DNA from: Phyllosticta citribraziliensis | Taxonomy: Eukaryota | Direction: 5' to 3' | Assembly: GCF_038025025.1 (NCBI RefSeq) | Contig: NW_027117338.1 | Coordinates: forward strand, 620,001-684,000 | Length of the DNA: 64,000 nucleotides | Part shown: in pieces, positions 51,183 through 63,563 of the stretch | Layout of the letters: every line of letters starts with the position of its first letter | How positions within the stretch are numbered: the first letter of the stretch is position 1 | Position numbers and translations under genes: made by a program | Notes under the pieces: generated by a model | The model's input: only the letters and a program-made list of their open reading frames with translations | Told to the model about the DNA's origin: nothing | Databases searched by the model: none

Positions 51183-54100
51183 TCAGGCATCCGGATCGTC
51201 CTCGCCCACAGCATCGATGTCGACGTCTTCGCCCTCGGCGTCTTCGTCCAGCTCGTCGACGACCTCGACAATCGACTTGCCCTTTCCTTTACCCTTGCCT
51301 TTGCCTATTCCTTTGCCTACGCCTTTTCCTTTACCCCGGCCGCTGCCTCTGCGCCCTCGGCTGAGCGCTGCGCTCGACGCGGCGTCTTCCATGTCGTCGT
51401 CATCTTCTTCATCGTCGTCGGACTCTTCATCGTCGGATTCGTTCTTTCCTCGCGTGTTCGCCTCCTCTCCCAGCCCGTTGAGCAGTTCCATCTCGCCGAG
51501 CTTGCTGCGCGTGCGCCGGACCGTCGTCGGCGGCGCTGGCCTGCCACTGCTTCGCGTGCCGTGGCCCGCGAGTGGAGTTTCGGGCTGTGCTGCTGACGAA
51601 CGTGTCGATGTGCGGGCGGGCGTGCCGGTTCGTCGGGCTGTAGCTGACGATGAAGAGAAAGGACGCCCGCGCTTGCGTGCGGCGGCTCCGGGGATGGGTG
51701 GGAAGACTTCGAACCGGGTGGGAGGAATGGCTGAAGTGGTAGCGTTGGGAGCGGGAGCGGGAGTCGAAGCGGTCACTGAGGGTGCAGGTTGGGATTGAGA
51801 TGCGTGGTGGAAGCCATTGGTCTTGGGGGTCGAAGGGTTCGATTTGTTAGATGTTGCCGTAGGTTCGGCAGCGTTGCTGGTGGCCGCAGTGGCAGCAGTG
51901 GCAGCAGAGCTGCGACGACGAAGTGGTGTCGTTGGACGATGCTGTGCCGATGGACTCCGTGGTTCTGGGGCAGTGACTTGTGTGGACGGCTCTCCTTCGT
52001 CTTCCTGTTTTGTAGGAACTTCCTCGGTATCTTCCTTCTCCTCAGGTGGATGTCCGTTGGTTTGTGGGGGCTGTGAGGATGATTCCTTGGCAATTTCTTG
52101 TTGAACGCCTTCCTCGGGAGCAACCTTTTCTTCTCCATCACCATCGCGCTGTGCAACAGTGTGAAGAGGCGGACCTTCGTCGTAGTGAGCCAGGTTGTTT
52201 CGTCCCATGACGTAAGGTGTCCAAACAAGGCAGTCTGGTTTGATTTGGGGGTATTTTTTGGCCTCAAACTTTTCAATGTAGAACTTGAAGTAGTCATAGT
52301 CCAACCTGAGCGCATACTGTTTCGTGACTGGATCTCTGACGAGCGCGCGCAAGCCCTCGAGTGCGGATACAATGTCATCCGGTGTCATGCCCGTTCGCTC
52401 GGACAGTTGTGTGATGCTGATGGGGCCCTTTTGGTTGATGAGATTGTAGCACAATATCAACCGCCAGTAGCTTCTGTAGGAGACCAGACCCATGTCGGAG
52501 AGAGGCTTCTCGGGCGAGCCGGTCTTCTTTTCGACCCGGGTCAAGAGGTAAGAGAACTCAATGAGCATATGCCCAAAGCCCTTTCGCTGGTGGATGGGAA
52601 GGACCAGAATGCAAGAGACATTGTTGAGACTGCTTGGGCGCTTTTCTTTTGAAAAGTACCCAACAAAATGGCAGCCATATTCGTCCGTCTCGGCCATGAC
52701 GTAAAACAGAAAGGGCTCGACATCGTAGTACAATGTCTTGGAGCCAAGGAAAAGCTTTGCCAGCAGGCAGAGATTTTGACAGTAGACGGGATTTTTTCGC
52801 CCATCGACTTCAAAGAATGAGAACCGTCCATCACGGTATATCTCGTCGCCTGGCGGGTGTTTTGCGGGGCATTTGAGCTGCAAAACATTAGCAAATTCAC
52901 GAACAGACCAACTTCAACACGGCTTACCTTGTGCCGCCACGCGACGTAGTCAGAGTTCATATACTTGAGACAAAATTCGCAAATATATAAGACTTTGTTT
53001 CGGCTGTACTCTTCAGGATACGGCGCGGCATGCCAAGTATCAATCTCGTAGCCTCCAAAGTTGATGCACTTGATCTTGCTGGGCGGTCCCGATACTTTGG
53101 GAGTGCGAGAGTGATCGTGGCCGGATCCCGTCGCAGTCTTCTTCTTCCAATCGTCCTCGGCCTTGAGCCGTGCTTCTTCAAATCGCTTGCGATCTGCTGC
53201 TTGAGGGAAGGTCTTACTGGTGTCGGCTTCAGCTTCCGAGAGAATGCCGCCGTATGGCTTTGACTTTGTGTCATCAGCATCGCGGTCAGGAAAGCCAAAG
53301 AACTGGTGAAAGTTGTTGTGCAAGGCCGGATAGTGTGAGACCTCGGGCTCTTCAACTGCGGCAGCGGCAGCCCTTTCGGCTCGTCTGGCACGGTCGCGCG
53401 CTCGCCTCTTCTTTTGCTTGAGCGTAGAGCTCAAGACGTCTCGGAGCTTGGTGGTATCAAGATTAGTAAACGCTATCACTAGCGAGTTTTTCGTAGATTT
53501 CATGATGAGGGCACCAGGACGGTCTACCTTCTGCGACGTCGAGCGTCTTGGTCTCGTACGCCGAGAGGTCCGGACGGCCTGGGAGCCTTCCTCCTCAGAG
53601 TCTCGCGTCTCTCCGTCTGTAGTCATTGCTCTTTGAGAGTTGACCGCTGCGGCAGCTACGGACGAGCCCTCATCATCGTCTCCACCTTCAGATGCAGTCT
53701 GCGTCTGAGAGGAGCGTCGGCGTTTTCTGGTAGAGCGCAAAGGCAAGGCCTGCTCTTCAGAATCGGCCTTGCGCTTGCGCAGAGCGCGGGAACCGTCCAT
53801 GGGATCATCTGGATGGATGAGTGTGTTGAATACGGAGTGGGAGTCTGGCTTGGTGGTCCCACGAGACGTGGGCAATAAATCTCTAGTCAGTTTGGGCGCC
53901 GAGGAACGTCTCCGGGGAGCTGCTTTGGGCGTCTCTTCTTCGTCTGCCTGCAGGCCATTTTCCATACAGGAGTTGCAGCGCCAATTCTCAGCATCTGAAA
54001 AGGGTGAGTGAATGCTCGGTAGAATAAAGCGGCCGAGTTGGGAGTGAGCACAGGGCTTGGCTTACCATCATCCGTCTTAAGAGAGTTAGCGTCTCGGGCA

Positions 54101-54752
54101 CACTGCCGATGAGCTGCGAACAAAACATCAGCGTCCAGCTCTTTCACAACAGGGCTCTCACTCACAATTGTCCCCACACACTGCGCACGAGAGATATTCT
54201 TCAAACTCCTCACTCGGGTCATGCTCCTCGTCTTGTCCGCAAAACCTGTTTTCAACAGATCAGCATCAGGCCCACCCAGGTTACAGACATGCATATCTGG
54301 ACTTACACACAGCGGTTCGGGTCGAGAATCTCAGCATCAGCTTCCTCTGCAGTGTCGCTTTGGCCCTCCCAGTCATTACCAGCGTCTGATTCAGACTCGC
54401 TCTCCGGGTCTGCTTCGCTTCCACTGCTCTTGGCATCCTCCGATGAGGAATCAATCTCGGCGTCCTCATCATTCTCTCCTACGTCCAATTCATGCCCAGC
54501 TTGTATCTTGACAGCTCCAACCGGTTCGCCGGCGTCTTCGTCGTCGACCTCTTCGCCTTCGGCATCCTCGTCCTCGCCCTCTGCATCGATGTCCATGCCT
54601 TGCTCCTCCACGTTGCTCAGATCCTGCCCTGCCAGCGGCGCCGGTTGTATCATGTCCACGTCTTCCTCGTGCTCGGCATCCACATCACTGTCGTCGTCCG
54701 CAGCGTTGTTGCCTGGTCCCGGGCCTAACAGCCTGCTCGGCTCGGCGGCCAT
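51183..54752 (-). CDS. SAS3: MYST-family histone acetyltransferase with PHD finger (Sas3/MOZ type)
   Basis: Acidic N-terminus and a spliced PHD finger (RCVFC..SCAVCGDN..HRQC..WRCNSC). MYST domain motifs TWHAAPYPEEY, ICEFCLKYM, HPPGDEIYRDG, CQNLCLLAKLFL and GSPEKPLSDMG. Confidence 0.93.
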
Positions 54753-55371
54753 GGCGTATGACAAGACCGAGGCCAGTTTGGAAGCAAAGAAATCCAGGTT
54801 TAGATACTGAAGCGTCCGAAAGTCGCGCGTGAAATGAGTCTTGGACACGCCTTATTGCCTGCACATGCAGAGGTGGGTGTCGCGCAGTGGCCAAGTCGCG
54901 TGTCCGTACGGGTGGATTGCTCGCTATGCGCCCCAACACACGAGTATATGGCGTCTTTTAGGCATATACCGGCGTGGGTGACGGCATTGGCGGATGTTGA
55001 GGGAGGTGGGTGAGGTTGTCGGCGCTGGTGCGTGGCTGGATCGACTGCGGAGAAGCCGCGGGCGCGACGCGTTGGTCTCTGGGCGGCGTCGCGGTTTTAT
55101 AGCGGGTTCTGCGACTGTGCAAATAGCTTGTGAGCTGGCGACACCGAATCCGTCGTCTGCCGGCGGCGAGAGTGCTGTTGGCGATTGTACTGCCCCTTGG
55201 TTTGCTTTCTGTCACGGAGAGGGCTCGCTCACTTCCCAAGCGGCGGCGAGCGCGCACGGACCACACCCCAAGTGCTGGACCGCAGCGTGCAGCCGTTGGC
55301 TACCTATCTACCCAGGAACAACACCATCCCGCTCCATCGCGACCAGTGCTCCTATCCGATTGTCTCTCAGA

Positions 55372-55855
55372 ATGGGCATTCCCTTCGAGGCCCTGTTGCC
55401 CTATGGCATCATCGTTGGCGTACGTGTCCTCGCCAATCGCCCCAACACCCAATGAAGCTCACGCCATTACAGATGTTCGGCGTTTCCAGCTTCGGCTTGA
55501 GCCAGGTGCGCAGGATCCAGAACGGTGGTAAGAACTGGAGATATGGCATCGACAAATGGGACAAGGTGAGCAATCTCGCCCGCTACAAGCAATGACTGAG
55601 GATGCAAGCTGACTCTCCGTAGCAAAGTACCTCCGTCCGAACCCCCTCGGCGATTGGCGGCGTGCTAAGTGGCGACAGTGATGCGCCGCGACAAGCGTTT
55701 GACCGGCTACCACAGAGGCCAAGCCGACAGGCCTATTGCTCCCGACGGCTTCGAGCTCAACAACCCGTGGCATGTAGGTGTGCAGCTGTCCTGCTTGCGA
55801 GGTATGCGGAGGTTAACACACGGTGCAGCTCGAGCCCGGCTACACTGGCTGTTGA
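55372..55855 (+). CDS. NADH:ubiquinone oxidoreductase MWFE (NDUFA1-like) accessory subunit
   Basis: Exons 55372-55419, 55473-55565, 55623-55626, 55679-55773 and 55829-55855 give MGIPFEALLPYGIIVGMFGVS...NGGKNWRYGIDKWDKQMMRRDKRLTG...FELNNPWHLEPGYTGC*. Confidence 0.9.
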
Positions 55856-55944
55856 ACAGTGCGGGGAACGCTCCCAGATCCACTCTCGTCATGGACGCAC
55901 TCAGTGCAATCAGCGGCCGTTCAATTACATACAATTCAAGACTA

Positions 55945-56933
55945 CTACTTGATTTCCGTCACCAGGCCCTTGATCCCGTCTTGCTCGCTCTTGGTCAATG
56001 CTATGCCAAACACCTTGTCCAAAGCCCCCAGTCGGTCCTCCTCGCACTTGAAGACTTGCTGCGATTCTACCCTTCCGTGAATGCACATGGTCAACTCGTT
56101 CTGAAGAATCATGGCGCCAATGAGTTCGGGGTTTTCCGGGGAATCTATGACCATCTTACTGCAAATGACCGTCTGTGTGAACCAACTTCTGGGGTTTGTG
56201 CTTGTGTAATAGTTGATGAGCTGGAAATCTTGGTGCAGCCATTCCATCTCACTGAAGCAATACAAATCTTGCCATGCGCTGTCCTGGTTCCGGCGGTACT
56301 GGTACACCCAGAGACGCTGATTTGGATCTGTGTTTCCTTCGATGTTCTTCCACGCCAGGCGCATGTGAGCTGGAGCGATTTGGGCGCAGGTATTCTCGCT
56401 CGTATTCTTGTCAACGCGTAGTGGGCGTGTTGGACCATTTGGCCCGAAACCGACATCAACGACGTGGTTGTAAAGGCCGATTGTGACCAGACAAACAGCA
56501 TGGCACCTGGACCAGCATCAGACTCGGCTGCGGGGTTGGAGCATTCATGTTCCAATACGAACCATGCGCTGAAGGGCCTGTCTTCAGCCTCCTTGACTCG
56601 CGCTCCGGTGAGATAGACGTTGTAGCCCAGAGATCTCAGCACGATGCTCAGCAGAAGGTTATTTTCAAGACTCGAGCCGCCGCGACCGGGGCTGAGGACC
56701 TGCTTTGCAAAGAGCTCTTCTCCGTCCAAGGATATTTGTCGGTAGGTTGAGTAGTGGAGACTGATGTTCTCCATGGGAATGGTTGACAGGCTATGCCGCT
56801 GCAAAACGCCCAGGAATTCGAGCTTATCTGCCGGACTCAGAGGATTCACATCGTACATCCTCATGTTCTCTTCCAGACAGATTCGGTCGTAGTACTGGCG
56901 GATCTGGTGGTACGAGTACCGCGGAGCTTCCAT
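55945..56933 (-). CDS. arylamine N-acetyltransferase family protein with catalytic Cys replaced by Ser; alternative start 57011
   Basis: Motifs IPMENISLHYS, GRGGSSLENN, WCHAVCLV and VDVGFGPNGP. Intron 56562-56507. The C-terminus reads RLGALDKVFGIAL. Confidence 0.9.
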
Positions 56934-57699
56934 TGCGGCAACAAAGGCGGACTCGCGATGCCAAATGTTTTGGTTGGCGGAATCATGACGTTTAAGAGCA
57001 CTTTTCCTCATGATGGGAGCTTGTAAATGATAGGTTCCCTCTGGCTGGGACGAGAAGTCTCAAGTAGTGGACGAGTCATGGAGGTGGAGAGGGATGGAAT
57101 GGCGAGATGCGGAGAAGCACGCAGCAGATGAAGGGAGCCATGAAGCGCAGTTCCCGAGCGGGCTACGTGGGGGTATGCACAACGGGTTGCATCATTGCTG
57201 AAGAAAACTGCGGTGAGGGCCGCCAATTGACCGTGACGGCTGATGGCTGTGAGCATGTGCAGAAGGGAGGAAGGGGTCCCTGGGCGGGATGGTCGATGAC
57301 GGTGTAAGCCGCTGGGGGGTGCAGGTGCATGGTCGACGGCAGAGAATGAGGGGGCTGGCAGGCAGATGACGGACAGATATGTTTTGACCGTGACTACGTG
57401 CTAGCGTCTGGAGATTTGGTGTTGAGGGGCTCCTTTTCCTGAAGCACTGGGGATGACGACCGAGGGGCGGCGGCCAAGCCCAAACGGGACGAGATCGTCC
57501 CTGTCACAATCCATCAACCCCAAGCCCCTATGAACCCAAAATACGTACCATTACCTATACGCTTTTCCCCTCCATGCTCTGAGCCCCAGGCTGCCGCCCG
57601 AGACCGCAGAACCCAACTGATGCCTTTCGTTTGATCTACCCGCCAATCCCTCCACTCTCTTCTCCTCCCGTCGCTCTCGAATGCTCCTCGCGCGTCGCA

Positions 57700-60482
57700 A
57701 TGCAGCGAATGTCTGAAAGCCAGGAATTTGCCCTCAGTCCACCGCCGCCTTTGAGCTACAACTTCCCCGCCCCCGGAACTTACACGTCTCTCGACTCTCC
57801 AACCCTAGGTGGCGGTTCATCCGTCTACAGCAATGGTCGGAGCCTACCACCTCCGCCCCGCGACGTGTTGCAGGAGAACTACAGGAGCGCCGTCGCCGAC
57901 GCCCAACCAGACAACTCGACCCCTCAACAATCGAAGCCGCGCACGTCTCCCTCCCTCAATCTCAACGATGTTGTTCACGTCCACCTCTTGGTCGAGACGG
58001 CTGTTGGAGACAGCATGGCATACGACGTCTTGTCGATCGACGAGTTGGAAGCTTTGAAAAAGGAGCGCGCCTCCCTGGCTTCGCGCATGGAGGCCGTTGG
58101 TCAAAAATTGGCTCTGGAATCCAAGGTTCGCGACGCTGCGCAGTCTCTCAATCGGCTGTACTCGTCAAAAAGACGTCGCGGGTCTAGCGGAAGCTTCGAA
58201 AAGCTCCACTCGCGGAACATGAGCAAAGCTAGCCAGACAAGTATCGGCCAAGTCAACCCAGACTCCTTGTCCAAGAGCGAATCGGAACTCGCTGCGAGCG
58301 CAAAGAAATGCGACGACTTTACGCGCGATCTTTGGATGATGGAAAGACGCTCGAGGGAGATAGAAATGCAGTTGCTTAGGCATACTGCGGGGATTTTGCA
58401 ATTGACTTACAAAGGACCAACGAAACTAGGGAACAATCGACAATCGCTGCTCCAGAACATCTCCCAGGCAGCGCGTCCGGATAGTCCGGCTAGCTCGTAC
58501 ACCTATGAGAATGCTAGCGCAAGAAGTCCAACAAGGATTGAGGACAAGAATGGCTTCGACGAGCGGAGTTTTTATCGGTCGCCAGAGAATCTGGATCGAT
58601 TGGTGGATGCATTGAAAAATGGCAAAGCTCTACCTACCAAAGCTGATTCGCTCGGAGGAGGTACTTCGGAGGTTGACAACGAAACACTACAATCTGTTGA
58701 GAACCGACTTGAGGACCTCAGTGACCGTCTTCGGCAGCTGATAATACGGGCGAACCCCGAGTCCAACAAGGAATACAATGCTGCTCCAAAGCATTCGACG
58801 GATGCGAGTCCCGCGGAGCGCGCTGCCAAGATTGCGGAAAAGCTCGACTATCTTGACCAAGGGTTGCGTGATGTCGAGGCGGAGCAAAGCAACATGCGAC
58901 AGAGCCTCCATCAAGACAGAGCGCTCGAAGCTCCCCCAGAGCAACTCGAAATCATCAACAAACTCCTCTTCCAAATAATATGCGCTTCCAGGCAAGAGTA
59001 TGATGAAGAGTATCCCGCTCCACCTATCGGAGATGGTATTCAACATCAGTTCTCTTACATGGAGGGCGTGATATCGGCCATTGACCAAGCACAAAAGGCG
59101 CTTCGGGCTGAGCTTTCCTTGGCCTCAAGAGGTGGCGGAGACGACATGAACGACGCCGGGAGGTACGAGAGCATCTTGCAAGAGCTGTGGACCACGATCG
59201 TGAATGGAGAGGAGGAATATCGACAACGCAAGGCTCAGCGACGCCGGATGCTCGAGGCAGAACCAGAGCACAATGCTGCTGAGCTGGATGAGATTTCGCC
59301 TGATGAAGATGCCTTGCCCGAGAAATTTTCCATCCACCAATTCACTTCCGAAGTTTCCCACATTTACCGCAGGTCCCAAAGCCTGAAGGAAAAGAACTCC
59401 ATTCTCCGTCGCCAAATCCGGCAACAGCGCGAACTCAACGAAAAGTCGGATGCCGAAAAGGAAGAAGAGTTTATGCGTCTGCGTGGCGAGATGGAGCGCC
59501 TTCGCGACGCATTGCACAACAGCGCCAACGATAGAGATGCCATGCAGGAGCAAGAAGAAGCGCAGCGTGCTTCGCAAGAGCAAATCGCCCAGCTAGAGGA
59601 ACGTCTCGAGCAAGCCCTCGAACAGGCGCGCGCTTCCGTGACCGACGCTCAAGCCCAAGTCGCAGAAGCCGAAGCACATGTGGCGGATCTCTCAGCCTCG
59701 CTCGAGGAATCTCAAGCCGCGCGCGAGCAAGCCGAGCGCACGGCCAAAGAGAAGGGTGATGAGCTGCAACAGAGGGAGAGGGAGTTGCGTGAGCTGGAGG
59801 GTGATGTCGTACGTCTCCAAACCGAGGTTACGGTAGCACGCGCCGAGCTGGACGAGGCGTATGGCAGTCGGTCACAGCGAGCGGCCGCCAATCCGGAAGT
59901 CGAAGCACAGCTGGAAGCCCTTAGCGTTAAGAACGTCGAAATGGCCGAAGAGGTAGCCCGTCTTCAACAAGAGTCAGCAGCCGCGCAACTGCAGATGCGC
60001 GAGGTGACTGAGCGGGAGAAGAGGCTTCGCGAGGAGTTGCGCGACACCATCACCGAATTTGAAGAGCTCACCAGGGCCAACGTGGAAACGGAGAAGGAGC
60101 GCGAAGGACTGGAGGGTGTCATTGACCAGCTCAGGGAGAAGGCCGAACAGCTCGAGGCGCAGCTGAACGAGGAGAAGATGCGCTGGATGGGCATGAGGAG
60201 TCCAGGTAACGGTTCTGGCGGGCCGGTACAGGACACGACGAGCACGCGCGTCATGAGGGACGAATTCAAGAGGATGATGAGAGAGGAGAGGGCCGAGGCG
60301 TTCAAGGCTTTGAGGGTAAGTCACAATCTCAACAGTACCGAGCTATGGTTGACTGTCGTGTGCAGGGTGAGCAGGAAGAACGCAAACGCTTGGAACAAAT
60401 CATCCGCGCGTTGAAGAGGGAGCAGCTCCCTACCACGACCCGCAAGCCGAGTTTGCAGACACAGAACCTGACTGTCGCCTGA
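57700..60482 (+). CDS. Uds1 (up-regulated during septation 1)-domain long coiled-coil protein
   Basis: Motifs HLLVETAVGDSMAYDVLSIDELEALKKE, LESKVRDAAQSL and LLRHTAGILQ, plus extensive heptad repeats. Intron 60316-60365. Confidence 0.88.
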
Positions 60483-61066
60483 TCTTATTGCACCACCTAT
60501 CGGCAACCGTTGCAAAGAGGAAAGAAAAAGTCGCTTCTTGACAGCCCGCTCGCGCCGCACACTTTTTCGCACGCTTCTTTAATGGGCACGCGCCATTTGA
60601 TCCTTCTTGTATCTACTTTAACTTTGGATTTTGGGTTTGAGGGTTTGTCAGGTGTTTGGAGCGGGTTGTTCTGCGGTTCTTGTTTTGTTTGTTCTCTCCC
60701 TTTTTCGTCCAACGTAATACCACGAAGCGCTCCGCTGAGTCCTAAGTCCTGGAAAATCAGTTCAATACCTCTTGTTTTCGGTCCCTTCTGCCGTCGTTTC
60801 TTTGGTTCCCGTTCAGGGCGTCCTTATGGGTGGAAATCTTTAGGGGGCACATGGAGTCTTTAACTGTCTACTTTCTATGCGACCTGTTTTTGGGTCGGCT
60901 GTTTGAAATATCAAAACACCTTGTACTCACTGTACTTTTACCAGCGCCTTCGCTTTCGCTGAGGATTTTGTTAATGCCCATTCAATTGTCTTGTACATTC
61001 CTTTACCATTCTTGTCTTCCTTCACTCTCCTCCGACCCACGTTTTTCATTCCTTTTGTCATCCTAC

Positions 61067-62839
61067 TCATACCGTCGCACTGACCCGTTGCTCAGCTGCG
61101 CCAATGGCCTTCATGATGGCTATGAGAGCTGCTGACATGTCTGCTCCCATTTCTGTAGACGTTCTCAACGTCGTCGGGACGGTGGTTGTGGCTGAAACGC
61201 TTGTCGGTGCAAACGTAAACCTGGGTCGACTTGATGAAGATGTCGACCGCAGGCTGCTCAAACTCGTCTTCGAAGATGATAAAGACGAAGTCTTTGAAGA
61301 AGAGGAGGACGAAGACGAGGTTGACGATGAGCCTAAAAAAGTCGACCTGCTCAACGAAGAAGTCGACGAAGTGCTCGAGGAAGAAGTCGTCGTGCTGGAA
61401 GTCGAAATTGAGCTTGTTTTCGTCGGCCGCGAGGGCACAGTTACTCCACCTTTGATCGTCAACGCCTGCCGGTTGACCAGCAGCAGCGCGTCAAACACCT
61501 CCAACGCCGCTAGCTGCGGTCCCAGCCCATTCATGCCGTCGAAGTTGCCTGTGTTCCAGCGGAAGCCGCAGTTGAGCTCGCCAGGACCCGTACACGCATC
61601 TGCCGCGCCTTTCGCCGACGCCGTAATTAGCGGTTTGATAATCTCCAACGTGTGGGGCACGATGACCGTCGTCTTGGCCAGCCATCGCGACAGATATGCC
61701 TTGAAAGACATCTGGTCAGTGTTGCACATGTTGATGGGCTCGCACGCCGCCTCATACATGGCGTCGCCGTGCTGCTCAAGGGGGATGCCGGGGCGATTGA
61801 AAAAAGAGCGCGCAGCGTGTGCAACGAGTGCATCAACCCTCTCCTTCCACATTCCCGCGTCAGCTGACTTGGTCGACGCCGTCAAGTTGTACATGGCAGC
61901 GGCGCCGTACAGATACAAGGCGTTGTTGTACGTCCACTGTACGAGGTTGATGTCGGTGCAGTTGGTCCCCACATTGGCGCCGTCGTACACGGCGTACTGG
62001 TTCTCCTGATCAACGAAGCCGACCCCGACGCTCCAGTCCCACAGCTTGGCCGCCCACGTCGCGTACTTGCCGGTTACATCGTTGTTGAATAGCGCCAACC
62101 GCGCTGCCACTTGGAACAGTGCCCCGTTGGACACGCTATTCTTATACGTGTAGCCTTTGTTTTCTGGATACACTTGCCACCGCAGCCCCCCACCGCAGGA
62201 TGTGGTGTCCCACCGTGCTATCTGCGCGCTGAAAACATTGGCGGCTAGTGTGGCGTAACCGTGTGAAGGGTTCGCGAGCGCAGGAAAGGATTGTTCGGCG
62301 GCCGACAGCGCGGAGAGAGCCCAGAAGGCTTGATCATCATTGCCCTGGACGTTGTCAGTCTGGACGGTCATGCATTACAGGTGCGAAAAAATGGACAAGA
62401 AGCGCAACCGAGGCTCGCTGCTCCGGACAAAATTTGTTTCAGTCACCAGAAAAGGGTAGACCAGACTCACAAATTCCTTGCGGAACTCGTCGCGCGTGAA
62501 GCTATTTTCTGGACCTGCCTGCGCCTCGAAGGCTCGCTGGATCAGCTGGTTGTACTGCGCGTCGCCTGTGTACGCCCGGTAGTCGACCATTCCACCCCAA
62601 ACGGCGCCCGCCTCCCACCAGTAAATGGGCTTCGGCCACGTCCCCACCAGGTATTCGGCTGTGCCCGCCGCCCCGAACGTGTAGCTGGATATGATGCCCT
62701 TGGCAGCGGTGTTGGCTGCTGCTTTGATCGAGGCGGCATCGTTGGTGTCGAGAGATATGGCGGATGTCAGAGGGGTGAGGAAGAGAAGGAGCGCCATAGC
62801 GAGTCCTGAGGCGGTGAGGGAGTGTTTCGAGGACTGCAT
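61067..62839 (-). CDS. GH76 endo-alpha-1,6-mannanase (Dcw1/Dfg5 family); start may be 62797
   Basis: Signal peptide, YWWEAGAVWG, catalytic GNDDQAFW, CGGGLRWQ, YKNSVSNG and DQMSFKAYLSRW. Intron 62470-62345. Ser/Thr-rich tail. Confidence 0.95.
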
Positions 62840-63563
62840 GGTAATGGTGGCGATATTTGTTTTGGTTTGGTCCGTTAGAGATCGTTTGTTGTGGCGGGCA
62901 ACCTGTGTTTACTTCAAAGAAAACACAGTGACATTGACCAAGGTGAAATTGCAGGAAGGGAGACGAAGTTTTTAAGGACAAAGGAAGCGAAAGAAAGAGG
63001 TAAACCAGGGACCAGGTGGCGGACTGAATGGCATAATTACTGCGGGAGCGCGTGCCAATATCGCCCGCGAGATGCGATTATAGGCGCCCCTCCTTATATT
63101 CAAGAAGTTGGGCAGCTAATCAAAAGAATCCCCCAGCCAGGCTTGTGGCTTGGTGAAGACAGGAATGAAGTGTATGATAGGGGAGGGTGTCACAAATCTT
63201 TGCGTAAGCATTCTTTGTACATGTAGTCGGCGACCTGACGTACCATGTGGCCCAATGACTGACACGGCACGTATTCGGGGACAGGGACATGGCCTGCAGC
63301 CGATGAAGCGATGAACCGATGAGACGGAGAGCCGATGAGCCAGTGGCCTAGCATGTTCCAAAACGTGTGAGGTGTGTGCTATTAACCGCCCGCCTACCAA
63401 GCACTTGGGAGGCGGCATTTGGCTGCGACCTGAGAAACTCGTCCTTCCCCACGGGGTATAGCTGCACTCCTACATCGCGCGGGCCGCGCGCTTGACATGA
63501 ACCTTAACATCGCATCCCAACACATCTGTACCAATCGCGGACGACATTCCCTCTTTCGTTCGC

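Noticed and set aside
61104..62009. 301-aa plus-strand acidic ORF
   Set aside because: It is the antisense shadow of the GH76 gene. The Glu/Asp/Val runs mirror the Ser/Thr codons on the coding strand.
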